A stretch of 63,825 bases of DNA, filler included, from Phoronis australis (Eukaryota; Animalia; Phoronida), in the NCBI GenBank assembly GCA_002633005.1. It is 9 parts of 9 records of this genome, joined end to end, with 100 filler letters (N's around TTAATTAATTAA, not from the genome) between each part and the next. Parts side by side here need not be neighbours in the genome. Positions count along the whole stretch, not along the records: positions 1 to 5,985 come from NMRA01002245.1; positions 6,086 to 8,681 come from NMRA01003576.1; positions 8,782 to 11,762 come from NMRA01002461.1; positions 11,863 to 16,024 come from NMRA01002681.1; 5 more parts are not named here. The stretch is one strand, 5' to 3'. A model generated the notes under the pieces. It was not told the origin of the DNA, did not search any database, and worked only from the letters and a program-made list of their open reading frames with translations. The position numbers were made by a program, and so were the translations under genes. The stretch's first letter is position 1, and the number at the start of each line of letters is the position of its first letter. Below are positions 1 through 13,077 of this stretch, piece after piece.

Positions 1-706
1 AGATAATGCGTGTAGCTACCAAATAATACATAAACAGTTTGGATGTAATAAAACAAACACGAAACTGCTAATATCACAGTTTTTACACTTTTTTAAGAAA
101 CTACAACCAGTGTTACCATTTCCAGCTGCTGCACGTGCTGGGAGCTTATATAAAGCATGTATTCATTTACGTTATCTCCACTGTTCGCGTTTTCCACGGT
201 AGTTGCGAGAGTTGTTGAAACAGGATATAACGAGATCCGATTGCGTTGATTCGTGACGAAAATTGAAAAGTGGTTGTTAGCGGTACCGGATGTTTTACTA
301 CGTCTACAAGGTTATGGCGAAATTTCATACAAACCCGCCTGCAACTGTTATATGGTGTAAGCGCAAGCGAGGTAAAATTTCTGCTGAATCCTGTTATCGT
401 TATTTTTTGTATAATTTAAAGTTCTCAGTCCACTTTGTTGAGCAGTTTTAACCGCATCATACCAAATATAGTTTGAGAAGAAATACAGTCACGTGTAGCA
501 GCGCTGCCAATTTGACGTATCAATTTCTAAAATATTGATGTTTAAAGTAACCCGTTTAATAATCTGTCGTTGTTTTTTCTTTGGTTTCTTTTTGTTTGTT
601 TACACAAGAACGATCAAACTGTGTTCGCCTGCATGCATGGTACAACCTAGCGCCATTACCATTACTTGCTAAACCAACAGTCTCTGCCATGACTCGTTTT
701 ATTTCG

Positions 707-912
707 AGGAGACATTGTGGCGCAGTGCTCTGAGACCCCGGTTCAAATCCTGGCTTTACTGGCAGACAATCGAGCATTGCACAAAGTTGTCTCCTACTCC
801 TCTTAGCTTGGTCTTAGTGAACGTATGCAACGGAGTAAATGATAACCTGGATGTAACGCGAAAGCGATTTCTGGGAGTGTGCCCATTTTGAATATTAAAG
901 AACTTCTGTTAT
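707..912 (+). mobile_element. tRNA-derived SINE-like element (decayed)
   Basis: A-box-like TGGCGCAGTG (~718) and B-box GGTTCAAATCC (~741) followed by a non-tRNA body and AT-rich tail; ends approximate. Confidence 0.4.
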
Positions 913-3900
913 TTACAGTTAATTTTATTTTTCACAATTCAAAAGCTAATGACGTTGAAATGAATTGTAACTGTTAAACAGTACGTTAGTTATATCGGCG
1001 TTTTTGATGAATTTAACAAAACATAAAACTGTTATCCTGATTATATAGCACCATGTTATATACTTCAACTTTGTGCTATTCACCAGACAAGATACGGAAA
1101 TACGCTGTCGGTAAAAATCTACTACTGTCCATTTCTTATTCATTATCTAACCCACGAAAACCAACGTAGCTTCTGAGAGTTTTGCGTTAGTAAGACAATT
1201 CTAATAAACGCTTTGGCTAAACTAATTGGATTTATAACTTATTTGTGTTGATTATGGAATGAAGACAATTGAGCACACATTGCACGTTTCATTTATGTAA
1301 AGTATTTCTTCCGAGCTGGGGAAACTTTCAGCGAATAGGTTCTTTCGTAACAAACTGCCCCATAAATGTGTTTTTGTCAACAGTATGGCACGATAGACGT
1401 TAACGCCCGCAACAGAATTTTGAGGGAGGGGTTTGTGTAGCCTCGCATCATAGTTTGTTAGGTCGAGGTGTAACGTTGTTTGTGGAGGCTCGAGGGTAGT
1501 GCTTGGGCATCCTATTCTCTTTTGATCCCAGCATGTGTTGTCCTCAAAGTCTCTGCTATGGTAAAAAAATCTACCGGGCATTTCCGATAAAGAACCACGT
1601 GCACTTTTTCTTCCTACAGTTCCGGCAATTCCCGGAATATGGTAAGTTTATATCGTATATGCGCAGCCCCTGCGCTTGTGGCGAAGCTGCGCATGCTTAT
1701 CCGAATTTAGTCTTGGGAGGGCCAAAAATGTTACCCAGTTTGACTGGGCATCCTATTTTTCCGTGGAAAAAGAGCCAGGGCGTATTGGGCGACCGCTGCA
1801 AGCTTGATTTGCGACATGTTGCGGCAACGCAACAGGGTCTGTGCCATTTTGTACCACTGTGTACAGTACGATAAATATGTCGTCGACGTTGTTGTGTCAG
1901 AGGAATGTCTTGTTGTAAACTTACACTATGACGTGCTATCGTCATCGCACCAATATAACTTGTGATTGCTTACGTCAACTAAGTGGTTTAATGTGAATTC
2001 ATTCTAATGTGAAAAGGAAGGGCAGTGACATTTTCGACATCACCACAGGCACTAGGAACGATTTATTCGTTCTAAGCTCTTAGATTACGTGTAGTTATTC
2101 TCTCTGTCGCCAATGGTGTTTGTCTTAATTTTCGGTGAAGTTTCGCGTCACTTTAATGCATTAGACGCTCCAGTTATTAGCGCCATTGGCGGGGATGGTC
2201 TATAACTGTCGTTAGACAGCGTTAGGCTCAAGAAATGCTATTGTTTCATTTTTAGTCTTAACGCTGTTTGTTAAGCTGGCTAAAAGCGGAAATCGAATTC
2301 AACCGCTTACTGTCATAAAATCGGTCTCTGAGTCCTTTTCTTGACATGATTCTATTTTATTGGCCAAGAAAAAAACATCAAAACCATCAGCGGCTCAAAA
2401 AACTTCAGAGTTTTTGGAATTGCCCAACCATTAAATTTCGGTTCGAAAATGGCGCACGTACGCATTGCCTGTCATTCAGCAAATATTCAAGATTGGATTT
2501 ACGTGGTCGTGTTTTTAAACCCCACAGCGTCTGCGTAAGAATTGAACATTGACAATCAAGCAGGAGAGAAATGCAACTTTAACTTAACACACATCACCTA
2601 ACAAAACTTTCGGTACGCGTCAGACAATGTGTGCTCTGAAAAAACAACAGAGAATTCGGAAGGGAGTGGCAGGGTCATGTCGTCTGCTCCTGAATAGCGT
2701 ACACCGTAGAGCACATGTGAGCATGCGCGGGATAAACAGGTGATAAGTAGAACAGCAATGGAGGTGATCATGAGGCCGGGTGACAGCTACGGGTAAGGGC
2801 GAATCGCGAAATTTGTGTGACAACGGGTTATTAGTATTGAAAAATATTTACCAATATGTTCATGAAATGCCCATTTTGTCAATTTTCCTCCCATTATCTG
2901 CGAAGTATAGCCTACCAACAGTAGTACAAAAAGAACACGTAAAACGGTGATAAACGCACACATGTAACAATGATTCTGGAATTCCTTCACGAAATTGGTG
3001 AGCCACTGGGCACTACGAAAGTGTCAAAACCATTGAAAAAACTTGGATTTGTACCTTAATGTGATTTGTGAATTGTTCAGTTAATGATACAAACATGTCA
3101 TTTACAAAAACATTTTTGCAAAATATGCCTAGTCACAAAAATCTAATATGGCGACCAGTTTTTTAAGATCACCGATAGTGGATGGGAAAACAACTAATAA
3201 CCACAAAAACAATCGATTTCTTACAACTTGGGCAAAAGTTATTAGTTTTTACCTTCTTCAGCTGATTTATTTCATCACAAATCTTAGGGCCAATAATTGC
3301 AAAAATTCTTTACTAACACTGAACAAAAAATTCACCTGATGGCTTAATGAATCAATTTCATGCTTACGCGATCTTGAGATCAAGCGAAATTTCAAGTTCA
3401 AGCACAACAAAAGTACCGGAAGGTGCACTTATAGGAGTGCCGAAATAAAAAAAAAAAACGTACTGTAAGTTTGCAGTAAAAATGTCTCAAGACACCATTA
3501 AAGAGATCGTAAGAACTCTAGGGCCATCGCACGCCGAAACAACACTTGGTTTTTCTGAAAAATGCTTCAAGCTGTTCGTGCAAATATAACGGCGTCCGTA
3601 GGATGTGTGAACTTCGTATGTAAGCCGCAAAACACTCTACTCCTTCTGCGAAGGTCTGCGATCGTCGGTATTCCTAGAATACAGGGGTTTCATACGAACC
3701 TATCGTTCGTAAGAAACATTTTACCGTAGCCTTTTCTCTCCGTTTGCTCGTGATTACATCAGCTGATGGTGCGTCACTAGTTAACTTGTCGGACGAATCA
3801 GACAGTATCGGAATATGAACCCTTTCGGCGAATAGTGCGAGACGTGCACGAAACAAATATTTTATCGGAAGATTCCGACAACGAGGATAAAGATGAAGAA

Positions 3901-5515
3901 CACAGACCAGATTGATGGCGTTCAGAGGAATGTGCTGTTGGCTAATCCGCTATCGGAGAGCACTGCTCTACTGTCAACCACCACTAGCTAACACATTATC
4001 GGTTTCCGGAGATCACGTGACAAAAGTCCCGCGCGCTTGGAGATGTGATAATTACATTATAATCAGAGTTCAACGTTGACTATAATGTAATCCTAAATTC
4101 TTTAAGTAGCAAACTCGAACATTTTCTGACGTCACAGTGACATCATGGCCATTCAACTGTAATCTCAATAATACATTTTCTGTGACTAAAGCGGATTATG
4201 CCCCTTTAATTGTGACGTCTTCGTTGCTCTATTTAATATACATGTACTCGTTACTCAGGAGATGTGTTAGTGTACATCGCATTGTTACATGCTTTCTCAC
4301 TGTGCAATTCATATACTTGTAATTCTCTTATACTGAAACAAAGACAAAACAAAAACATAAATGTTTTGTGTTAATAAAAGGTCCCCTTCAATACTTGGAA
4401 TATCCACTGTTTTGTGTTCATTGTATTATAGTTGCTCTTTGCTGCTGTATCAAGGACTATGAACTGTGATGGCTGGGAATGTCAATTTGTTCAAGGTGTA
4501 AAGTTCGATATATTGTTTATAGTTTAATGCAAGACGTGGATCAAAGTCTCTTCATGCAATACTTTGCATGTAATTGTCCCATTTCTGAAAAGAGTAGAAA
4601 GAAACCCTTTTTTCGCTGGAGAATCGTCATTGGTCGAGGGTCTTTAAACAGGAACCTCACATGACCACTGTGAGAAAATGAGCTTCTTTTTCGTTATTTG
4701 AGAAGAGGAACTCACAGACTTAGAATTCTCATAGAACAAACTGTCACAATTGCCCCAATATGGTATACCGTTAGCCCATACCTTTGCACATGCCCGGAGT
4801 AGGGCACGTGGTAAGTTGTACGTGGACTCGTTGTACATCATGTTGTACATCTATTGTATCAACATTACGATCATTTCCTCAGCAAATAGTAGCATTGAAC
4901 AGTGGTGCAAATCGATGAAAAACACAGTGCAGAAGCTAAAGTTGTCCGATTCGTATACAGAGGCGGATTTAGGAAGGGACCGTCCCCTCCCCCCTCCTCC
5001 TACAGAAACGACCGAAAAAAGCACTCGCCAGGCCGACTTGAGGGCCTATTCTGTTGTTGCCGCTCCCTCTCCCTTACGACGTATTAGATCCGCGAGTGCG
5101 CGCATGAGAAATCATTGATCTAGATAACATCGTTAGCTCCATTATATGAACAATTCCACGGATTAATTTAGAAGTGATCAGTTGACATGGCACACTGTTA
5201 TTTGAGTCACAGGTACGGGTTGTCTTTTGGCGCAACCGTTCGTCTCTGTGGAGCGTATTGCTACTGTTCATGAGTGAACGTAAACAAATCTCCGATTGGT
5301 CAATCAACTCAGGAGACTATAATTTTTCCGCGAATCAAAATCCAACCGCCTTGTCAGTAAGTATTTACGCACAAATGTGAGCGAACGTTCTCATAATCTC
5401 AGATGATCTTGTGAAAAGCACAAGCAAGATCTGCGAAAATTTAATTGTAGACGTACATCACCATTTCGAGTTTGTTGTTCAATAAACAACAGTATTAGCG
5501 TTGACCAAGGCAAGA

Positions 5516-5786
5516 ATGCTTGTGGCAATTGTTGAGATCTTGCTTCTTGCAAGTTTGCAAGTTGCTAAATCAAGGACAATTCACGCTTCTTCTGGAAGTA
5601 AGAGTTCGACAGAAAAACCGACCTATCTGAGTCAAGCCATTGCTAAATATGTTGAAACTGCTAACGCAAAAGACCATGCGAATTCTGTGCTTCCCGAGAG
5701 CGAAACAGTTGTAACGCGAGGCGGACGAGCCATTTCAGATGACGTGTTTACAAACATAGAAGTACCTCGCAGGATGTATCGAAAAG
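5516..5786 (+). CDS. Probable first coding exon of a secreted protein/precursor
   Basis: ATG 5516, signal-peptide-like MLVAIVEILLLASLQVAKS, open to AAG|GTAAGT donor at 5786/5787; no family recognised. Confidence 0.5.
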
Positions 5787-5985
5787 GTAAGTTGATGGTG
5801 CCAATAGATTTTTTCGGTGAAAATTGAGTACAAGAAGTTGCGTAAAAAAGCAGTCACCTCTCATGTGAGTAAAAAACCACCTGAAACCAGTTTTACAGCG
5901 GTAGGTTTACTAAATCACAAGTTAGCTTCTTGAGCGGAACGCGCAGGTTTATAGCCGATTTAAGGCCAACAGAAAGCAAGGTCTT

Positions 5986-6085
5986 NNNNNNNNNNNNNNN
6001 NNNNNNNNNNNNNNNNNNNNNNNNNNNNNTTAATTAATTAANNNNNNNNNNNNNNNNNNNNNNNNNNNNNNNNNNNNNNNNNNNN
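5986..6085. other. Artificial contig linker N44-TTAATTAATTAA-N44 (also 8682-8781, 11763-11862, 16025-16124, 30429-30528, 36697-36796, 56084-56183, 61797-61896)
   Basis: Same 100-nt cassette with stops in all frames occurs eight times; genes break off at these points. Confidence 0.95.
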
Positions 6086-6208
6086 GTCCTCTTAAGTGGA
6101 GCAGAGGAGGACTGATCTGAGGTCCTCCTAAGTGGAGCAGAGGAGGACTGATCTGAGGTCCTCTTAAGTGGAGCAGAGGAGGACTGATCTGAGGTCCTCT
6201 TAAGTGGA
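6086..6208. repeat. 36-bp tandem repeat
   Basis: GTCCTCTTAAGTGGAGCAGAGGAGGACTGATCTGAG x ~3.4, running into the gap. Confidence 0.9.
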
Positions 6209-6461
6209 ACAGAACATTAACGACCAACTTTACAGTAATATAACACTGATTAATGTAGTGATATTTTGTAGACCAAAACTTCTGAAACTAAATTCCTCAT
6301 GAAAAGATTAATTAGGATTATTCTTTATACGAAGAAATATGATAAAATCAGCCAAAATAATTTCGGTTCTCTTACGGTTAACTCTATGAATTGTGTTAGA
6401 CATTAAAAAATGAAAGCACAACAAATGTTGACACTGCTCGTAGTTGAATCACGACTTTAAA

Positions 6462-7775
6462 AAGCAAAGGCAACCTTTTTTCATGTCATTTTTAGCAAAA
6501 ATAGAGGTCGTTGATTAACCCACGCAGACATATTTTTCACTTATTTACAGCTTTTCGTAATTTAATTAATTACTCGTCCTCTACTGCGGAGGTGACGTTT
6601 TGGGAGGCAAGACTTTCGCGCCATTTTCTTTTCATACAGTCTGACTGTGAGAGCAGTCAAGTCAGTCATTGTTTTACCTGGGTGGTGATGAGTTCGGTCG
6701 TCGTTTGCTTTTGTTTACGAGTCAGTCAACATGCCACACTGTTGCTGCCTACCGAGATGTACTCATTATTGTCTCACGTACAGAGGAAGAACTATCCCAC
6801 TTGCCCGAGTGTACCGCGACACACTCCCAGTGGATGGTGACTTGAGCACCCAAACTGCTTACAAAGTCCCGCCGTGCGACTCCCTCGTCACAGACGTGGC
6901 ACCTTCTAAATAGCTCCAAGACAAGTCCACAACAAACTTATCAAACTTAGGCTCAGCGATCTGTTCATTGGAACTGTACTTTTCACTGGGTGTCAAACTG
7001 GGCCTGTATTCACTCCCACTACTCAACATCGCTGCAGGGCTGCTTACAGGCTCTTGGCTTAAATACAACAGCACACCACGCGGGGAATCACTGATAGTTC
7101 CTGGAATTGCACGCTATGGGGTACGTTCGGAGGCATGGGTGACAGTAGATGAAGTGCCTCCAGTCACTGTTTATAGTGGCCACAGCTCACGAGGCTTCTC
7201 GCTTCAAAACGCACTTCTCGGGGGTGGCAACGGGGCACTGCCTGAAATCAGCAGCGACGCTATGGAACCCTTCTTNTTGTTTCGCAGGGACCTTCATCAA
7301 TTCAGCGTACATATCTCTGTGGCAATCTGAAGGCTGAAAATGCTTGCCACTGCTTTGTACGTTGCGTGAGCGGGTAGCGCTGCGTTCTTCACACGAACGA
7401 GCTAGCCAAGTACAGCGAAGTGTGCCATCCTTTGGAAAGGTATACAAGGTACCCAAAGCGCGTGTGAGACGATATTGAGTACAACCTGGTACGCAACAAA
7501 CAGAGTGGCATGTTGACTGACTCGTAAACAAAAGCAAACGACGACCGAACTTATCACAACCGAGGTAGAACAATGACTGACTTGACAGCTATCAGAGTCT
7601 GACTGTATGAAAAGAAATTGGCGCGAAATTCTTGCCTCCCAAAACGTCACTTCCGCAGTAGAGGACGAGAAATTAATTAAATTACGAAAAGCTGTAAGTA
7701 AGTGAAAAATATGTCTGGGATAATCAACAGACCTTATTTTTGCTAAAAGTGACATGAAAAAAGGTGCCTTCGCCT
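6462..7775 (-). mobile_element. Decayed non-autonomous Kolobok derivative with two transposase-side ends
   Basis: Ends homologous to the 16896-18830 TIR (right end GCCTTCGCCT|TTAA); 6780-7510 is a frameshifted copy of the THAP transposase 5' part; THAP start present in both arms. Confidence 0.85.
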
Positions 7776-8281
7776 TTAAAAATACAGTTCCTGCATGCAC
7801 AACCCACTCAATAGAACTTGGCAAACAGCTAACGTGAGTCTAAATGAAGATGACATCAACGCATCATTATTTCTCTGCTACGGTAAAAAGTCTTCGATTT
7901 GGGACAAAACTAATTGCTAAAACTGACATATTTCTATTTTTCAGAGGGTTACCAATTGTTGCAAATACTCAAAATTTTACCAAATGTTCAGTAATAGCTA
8001 TGCTATACCAGCCATGCTAAAAGCAATAAAGTACATTTTCATGAAAAGTTATTTTTGTTGAGAAATTTGACAAAACAAAGTTTAACCTTACAGTGCCCAC
8101 AATATTATGTACCAAACTGAACAATTTTTACCGTAAGTTCTTTATGTGAATATTATTCAGACCAATAAAGGCTCAAGTGAAACAATGGTTCTCCCAGGAG
8201 AGAAGCAGCCATTGAATATTTCTAATATTGAAGGGTGAAATAACAAACAGCACAATATTACAGTGAAGAAATTATCCTTAC

Positions 8282-8385
8282 TTGTCAGACAAATGACCAA
8301 AAGCAAAAGCACCGACCAGACGACCAGCAAAGAAGAGCATCTTGGCTGTAGTGAGCGTAAATTTCTGATCACACACCAGGTTAAA
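8282..8385 (-). CDS. SLC22 organic cation/anion transporter internal exon
   Basis: cag|FNLVCDQKFTLTTAKMLFFAGRLVGAFAFGHLSD(K)|gtaag; 104 nt; matches the SLC22 'LVC...G...GA...G.lsD' TM2 motif. Confidence 0.85.
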
Positions 8386-8600
8386 CTGTAACACCATAAC
8401 ATTGAGTCACATAGAAGGGAAAAGAACATGTTCTAAACAAATAAAGAAATTGTCCTCTATTATCACACGTGCACACGCACACACACACATGTGCACATGA
8501 AAGCACACACAGATATGACACATTTAATGATGGCAATGTGATGAAATTGAGCTTGAAATTGTGAAATACTTTTTTACAAACAACTCTTTAATGTTGTGAT

Positions 8601-8611
8601 ACATATATATA

Positions 8612-8670
<59 letters not shown>

Positions 8671-8681
8671 ATATATATATA
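8601..8681. repeat. (TA)n microsatellite
   Basis: Direct reading. Confidence 0.95.
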
Positions 8682-9682
8682 NNNNNNNNNNNNNNNNNNN
8701 NNNNNNNNNNNNNNNNNNNNNNNNNTTAATTAATTAANNNNNNNNNNNNNNNNNNNNNNNNNNNNNNNNNNNNNNNNNNNNCAACACTAAAACTGCACAC
8801 ATTTAAATCTTTTTTCATCCGCATAATTTTAATTACCGGGGTTAATTAATAAACTCACCATCTCCGTACGCTCTTACTGTTTTATTTTTTTTGCGGCAGC
8901 CAAGGGGGGGGGGGGGGCCCGGCCCCCCCCCCTAAATCCGCCTATGTATTTGGACACACCGTAGCCTACAAAGTTCGGCAGGCTAATAAGGTCTGTAGCA
9001 GGAGTTTGGGGTATGTTCGGAGATAATTTCGAAGTATTTTCCGTGAGATACAGACAGAAGAACCTAGATCTGTGTTGTTTAGACTTGTGATTTTTTGAGT
9101 TCTAAACACAAAACGCTTGTTATCCTGGACAGTGGCTCGGAGCCCGATCAGAACCGTCGCGGCCGGCCGGATTCACTCGTTATCCCGGCCAGTAGCTTGG
9201 AAACTGATCAGACATCACGAACATAAAGCAGCCAAAGGTCAGTGGAAAGTAAACTTCCAGTCAAGAAAATACTATAGTAGTGAGCCAAAGTAATGTGCAC
9301 GTGATTTTGTTGGTGAATTAGCCACGAAACTGCAAATACATGTATACTTACTCGTCGGGGGCCGCGAAATCAGCACCGTCAGGGCAGAAGTTGTACATTG
9401 ACAATCATTATTTGAGTAATGTCAATGTAAATAAAGATTACCCTAGCACCTGGCCGTGGGATGGAAATCGAGTTGTTTCACAACAGTTTGTGCCAGCAAA
9501 CACTAAATTAGCATGAGCACCTAAAGCCGGTAACGCAGGGATTTATTCATTGCTGGCTTCTCAAATCATTTGCACTCACAGACAGACAGACAGACTTTGT
9601 TTCAGTTTTATATAAGTATTGGTTAGGGTGAGAATAATTCATTTTGAAACAGAACGCTCAGTAATTAATATACGCCAAGAAC

Positions 9683-10199
9683 ATGGCAACTCGCAATCCC
9701 GACTTAAGTTTTAAAGGCTATCAATTCGAACACGAATGCAGTGATGAAGAAATACTAGAGAGGCGCCGTGAAAAAGCTCAGACAACGGAACGTATGGAGT
9801 TATTTGGTAAGCCGGCATTCGATCGTCAGGCACTGTCACGGTCGGCAGGCCCACAGACACGGAGATGTTTCGCGGCCTCATACTTGCTATTTACAGCGTA
9901 CATTACATTCTTCACTACCATGAGCCACTTCCTAAGCATTTCGGACTCTCGAGGAAGTAAAAAACGATATACCTGCTTTTCTCGCAGCTGCTTTGTTCGG
10001 ACAAGCGGGAACCATGCACCGCAACATAGCGACATTCACTCTGCATATGAACCACTGACGTCGCTAGCGTCGTTTCTCACCTTCCTCAAGGGTTAACGCG
10101 ACACCTCTTGGCAAGGTAAGGTCGACCGTATGCGAGGCGATTTGGATATAGACCGATTAAGACGGCAAAAAGACTAATTAAATCGGATGGCATTCCCCT
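9683..10199 (-). mobile_element. Kolobok remnant of a second family: THAP 5' end (-) convergent with a KolX-like 5' end (+)
   Basis: Minus from ATG 10027: MLRCMVPACPNKAAARKAGISFF / frameshift / LPRESEMLRKWLMVVKNVMYAVNSKYEAAKHLRVCG, homologous to the 18565 THAP; plus from 9683 MATRNPDLSFKGYQFEHECSDEE; candidate right end CCCCT|TTAA at 10199; left TIR not found. Confidence 0.65.
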
Positions 10200-11055
10200 T
10201 TAATATTGACTATCTTACCAGACGTGGAAGTTTCAAAGTTGGAGAGTTGAGACAAATCTTAGAATAAGTCAAAAATGAACTTAGGTCAGTTTCTTGAAAC
10301 GAGCCTCAATATCGTCGTGGTCTAGTCTGCTCTCGTCATAGAAATGAGTGTTGAGTAACATAGCCGAACTCTCGAGGACTGGCTTTCCCAAGGACACAGA
10401 TTGGTTCCCTCGTCCAAAAAATTCTCTTACACCTTTAATTCTACATGTATGTGTTTTATTGGTTGGAAATTCCAACACATTTTTATGAATACCAATGTCC
10501 CAGAATTAACTTCCCATATAAGGAAGTCCGTGCAGTCAGCGCGCTCGAGCCAGTAACGAGGCTATTTTCCACGGAGCCCCTTTCGTCTCTTTTCACAGTT
10601 TAGTACCCGCTTTCAATGTTATGCGTCATCTGCAATAAGACATGGCATCGCAGAGAATTTAGACATGATGGCTCGGCTTCAATCGTTCATCCTCCGTGCG
10701 TCTTGCCGGTTATTTTTTTATAAAAAGGGGTACACGGTAGACTTTAGCAGCAGCCTTAACAAGAATTTGTGTTGCGGCATATACGTACCTCTATTTAACA
10801 AATAAGCCATAGTGTCTACCCGATGTCTCATTATTCGATGCCGGCCAAGTGTGCTTTAAAGTGGAACTTGCTCTTTTATTCCTTACCTCTGTGATTGGTC
10901 AAATTAGTTAGAAACACAACATATAGTGACGATGTGAATATGAAGTAAGTTGAAAATTGCCACGTTTTTTAATGGCCCGCCGTACATGTAAATCACGCAA
11001 CAGTATGCCGTAATTATCGTGACGTGGTGTTGGGTAATAACACTGCATGATGCGC

Positions 11056-11473
11056 AGTGACGGACCTAGGATATTATAAGGGGCGGGGGGCGCGAACATG
11101 TTGCCTCGTGGAATTGGGCAAAGCGCGATTGTACGTGCACAGGCGGCCCGGAAGTTGTGGACGGATCTAGGATACCATAAGGGAGGGGGGCAATATGTTG
11201 CCTCGGGGAATTGGGCAAAGCGCGATTGTACGTGCACTGACGGCGAAAGTGCGGGGCCGAGGATGTGGACGTTCTGTTCAGAGAATCTATCGGTGGACTA
11301 AAAAAAGAACACGATTCCGCCGCGATCTGGGCGGGTTTCAGCGCCCTCATCCGCTAGCAGTCATAGTTGCTGAACTCAATGTCCTCACGCTTCACGCTTT
11401 TGCTGCAGTGTTTCATTTTGCTTGCGGCAGCCAATGGGGGGGGGAGACCCCTGGGTCCCCAAATGCGCCTATG
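11056..11473 (+). mobile_element. hAT-like MITE with an internal ~97-bp direct duplication; related ends at ~19400-19560 (-), ~53970-54060 (+), 4958-5098
   Basis: CAGTGRCGGAYCTAGGAT...GGGGGGC terminal motif recurs in the window; 11060-11140 repeated at 11160-11237; no TSD seen. Confidence 0.55.
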
Positions 11474-11862
11474 GTAATATATCGCTGAAAGTGTTTTACA
11501 ATGAAGATAAACATGTGGTTCGTGGAACTAATGTGCACGGTTAATAGAAGCAAAATATTGACTGACGCAACTTGACCTGGCGGAATGATAACGGCAACGA
11601 TGACCACGGCGATGACAACATTAGCAATAGCGATAGTAAGAATATAACTAATATTACGGATATTAACTGGCGCTTAATTGACCGGAATATTTCGTAATCT
11701 TAGTCAGATAATTAATAGATTAGGCCTGCACCTAGTAGTAAATCAGGTATCTGAATTGATTANNNNNNNNNNNNNNNNNNNNNNNNNNNNNNNNNNNNNN
11801 NNNNNNTTAATTAATTAANNNNNNNNNNNNNNNNNNNNNNNNNNNNNNNNNNNNNNNNNNNN

Positions 11863-11926
11863 ATGGAAGAGGCAGAAAGAATAGCCAGAGAAGAGCACGG
11901 CTCTAACAAAATAGCAGTCATATCAG
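11863..11926 (+). CDS. ELP3: Elongator complex protein 3, penultimate exon (5' part lost at linker)
   Basis: MEEAERIAREEHGSNKIAVIS(G)|gtagg, near-identical to the ELP3 C-terminal acetyltransferase region. Confidence 0.93.
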
Positions 11927-11994
11927 GTAGGATTGTACGCTTTACGGGTCATTTCTGGATAAACTTTGTCATCAGTGTTGTCTTGCTATGTGTA

Positions 11995-12615
11995 CGTTTA
12001 TATACAGTACAAGTCAAAAGTATGTATATATTTATATACAGTACAAGTCAAAAGTATGTGTATATTTATATACAGTGCAGGTCAAAAGTATGTGTATATT
12101 TATATACAGTACAAGTCAAAAGTATGTGTATATTTATATACAGTGCAGGTCAAAAGTATGTGTATATTTATATACAGTACAGGTCAAAAGTTTGTGTATA
12201 TATACAGTACAGGTCAAAAGTATGTGTATATTTATATACAGTGCAGGTCAAAAGTAAGTTTATATTTATATACAGTACAGGTCAAAAGTTTGTGTATATA
12301 TACAGTATAGGTCAAAAGTATGTGTATATTTATATACAGTGCAGGTCAAAAGTAAGTTTATATTTATATATAGTACAGGTCAAAAGTGTGTATATATACA
12401 GTACAGGTCAAAAGTATGTTTATATTTATATACAGTACAGGTCAAAAGTATGTGTATATTTATATACAGTGCAGGTCAAAAGTATGTGTATATTTATATA
12501 CAGTACAGGTCAAAAGTATGTGTATATTCATATACAGTGCAGGTCAAAAGTATGTGTATATATACAATACAAGTCAAGAGTATGTGTATATTTATATACA
12601 GTACAAGTTAAAAGT
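11995..12615. repeat. 34-bp (with 28-bp variants) minisatellite in the last ELP3 intron
   Basis: TATATACAGTACAGGTCAAAAGTATGTGTATATT-type units; accounts for the repetitive ORFs 11863-12634. Confidence 0.95.
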
Positions 12616-13003
12616 AATCAGACATAACGCATGACTGCTCAAATGACAGAAAAGTTTTAATTACAGAATGGCTTAGCCACCTTACTATCTTTCCTGTTCA
12701 TTCCTCTTCATTCTCTGTCATGAGGGAAGGTTATTACAACGATGAATTCGGCTTGCGCCCAACCCTCATGATGGGGGGAATTACAGGTCATTGTGTTTGA
12801 ATACTTATGACATGTATTGTATTATATGTTTATGTATGCATCATCAATTATACATTGCTTGCAATTGTCAGCCATGAGCATTTATTCAATATAAACTACT
12901 GTTGATCANATCATTTTCCCATTACCTCTCCCTCTCCCTTATTTATCATTTTCCCATTACGAATGTTATTGAGACTACTCCAAGACGTATTATTTTATTA
13001 CAG

Positions 13004-13077
13004 GGGTTGGAACAAGAAACTACTACCGAAAGATTGGATATGAACTGGACGGGCCTTACATGTCCAAGAAACTATAG
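13004..13077 (+). CDS. ELP3: Elongator complex protein 3, terminal exon
   Basis: cag|(G)[23 protein letters not shown]; phase matches the upstream exon. Confidence 0.95.

Noticed and set aside
3540-3860. Further THAP/KolX remnant (DLRRR..FCG..HF on minus)
   Set aside because: Too degenerate; no TIR or TSD located
4644-4850. Possible terminal exon (CAKVWANG..WGNCD)
   Set aside because: No upstream exon or convincing domain pattern
5986-6085. Recurrent TTAATTAATTAA palindrome in gaps as a biological repeat
   Set aside because: Always centred in identical N runs; assembly linker
11995-12615. CRISPR-like array (also 48402-48680, 49667-49892)
   Set aside because: Head-to-tail units without unique spacers, no cas genes, eukaryotic introns
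11863-12634. 254-aa ORF and overlapping repetitive ORFs
   Set aside because: Only the first 64 nt are ELP3 exon; the rest is translated minisatellite
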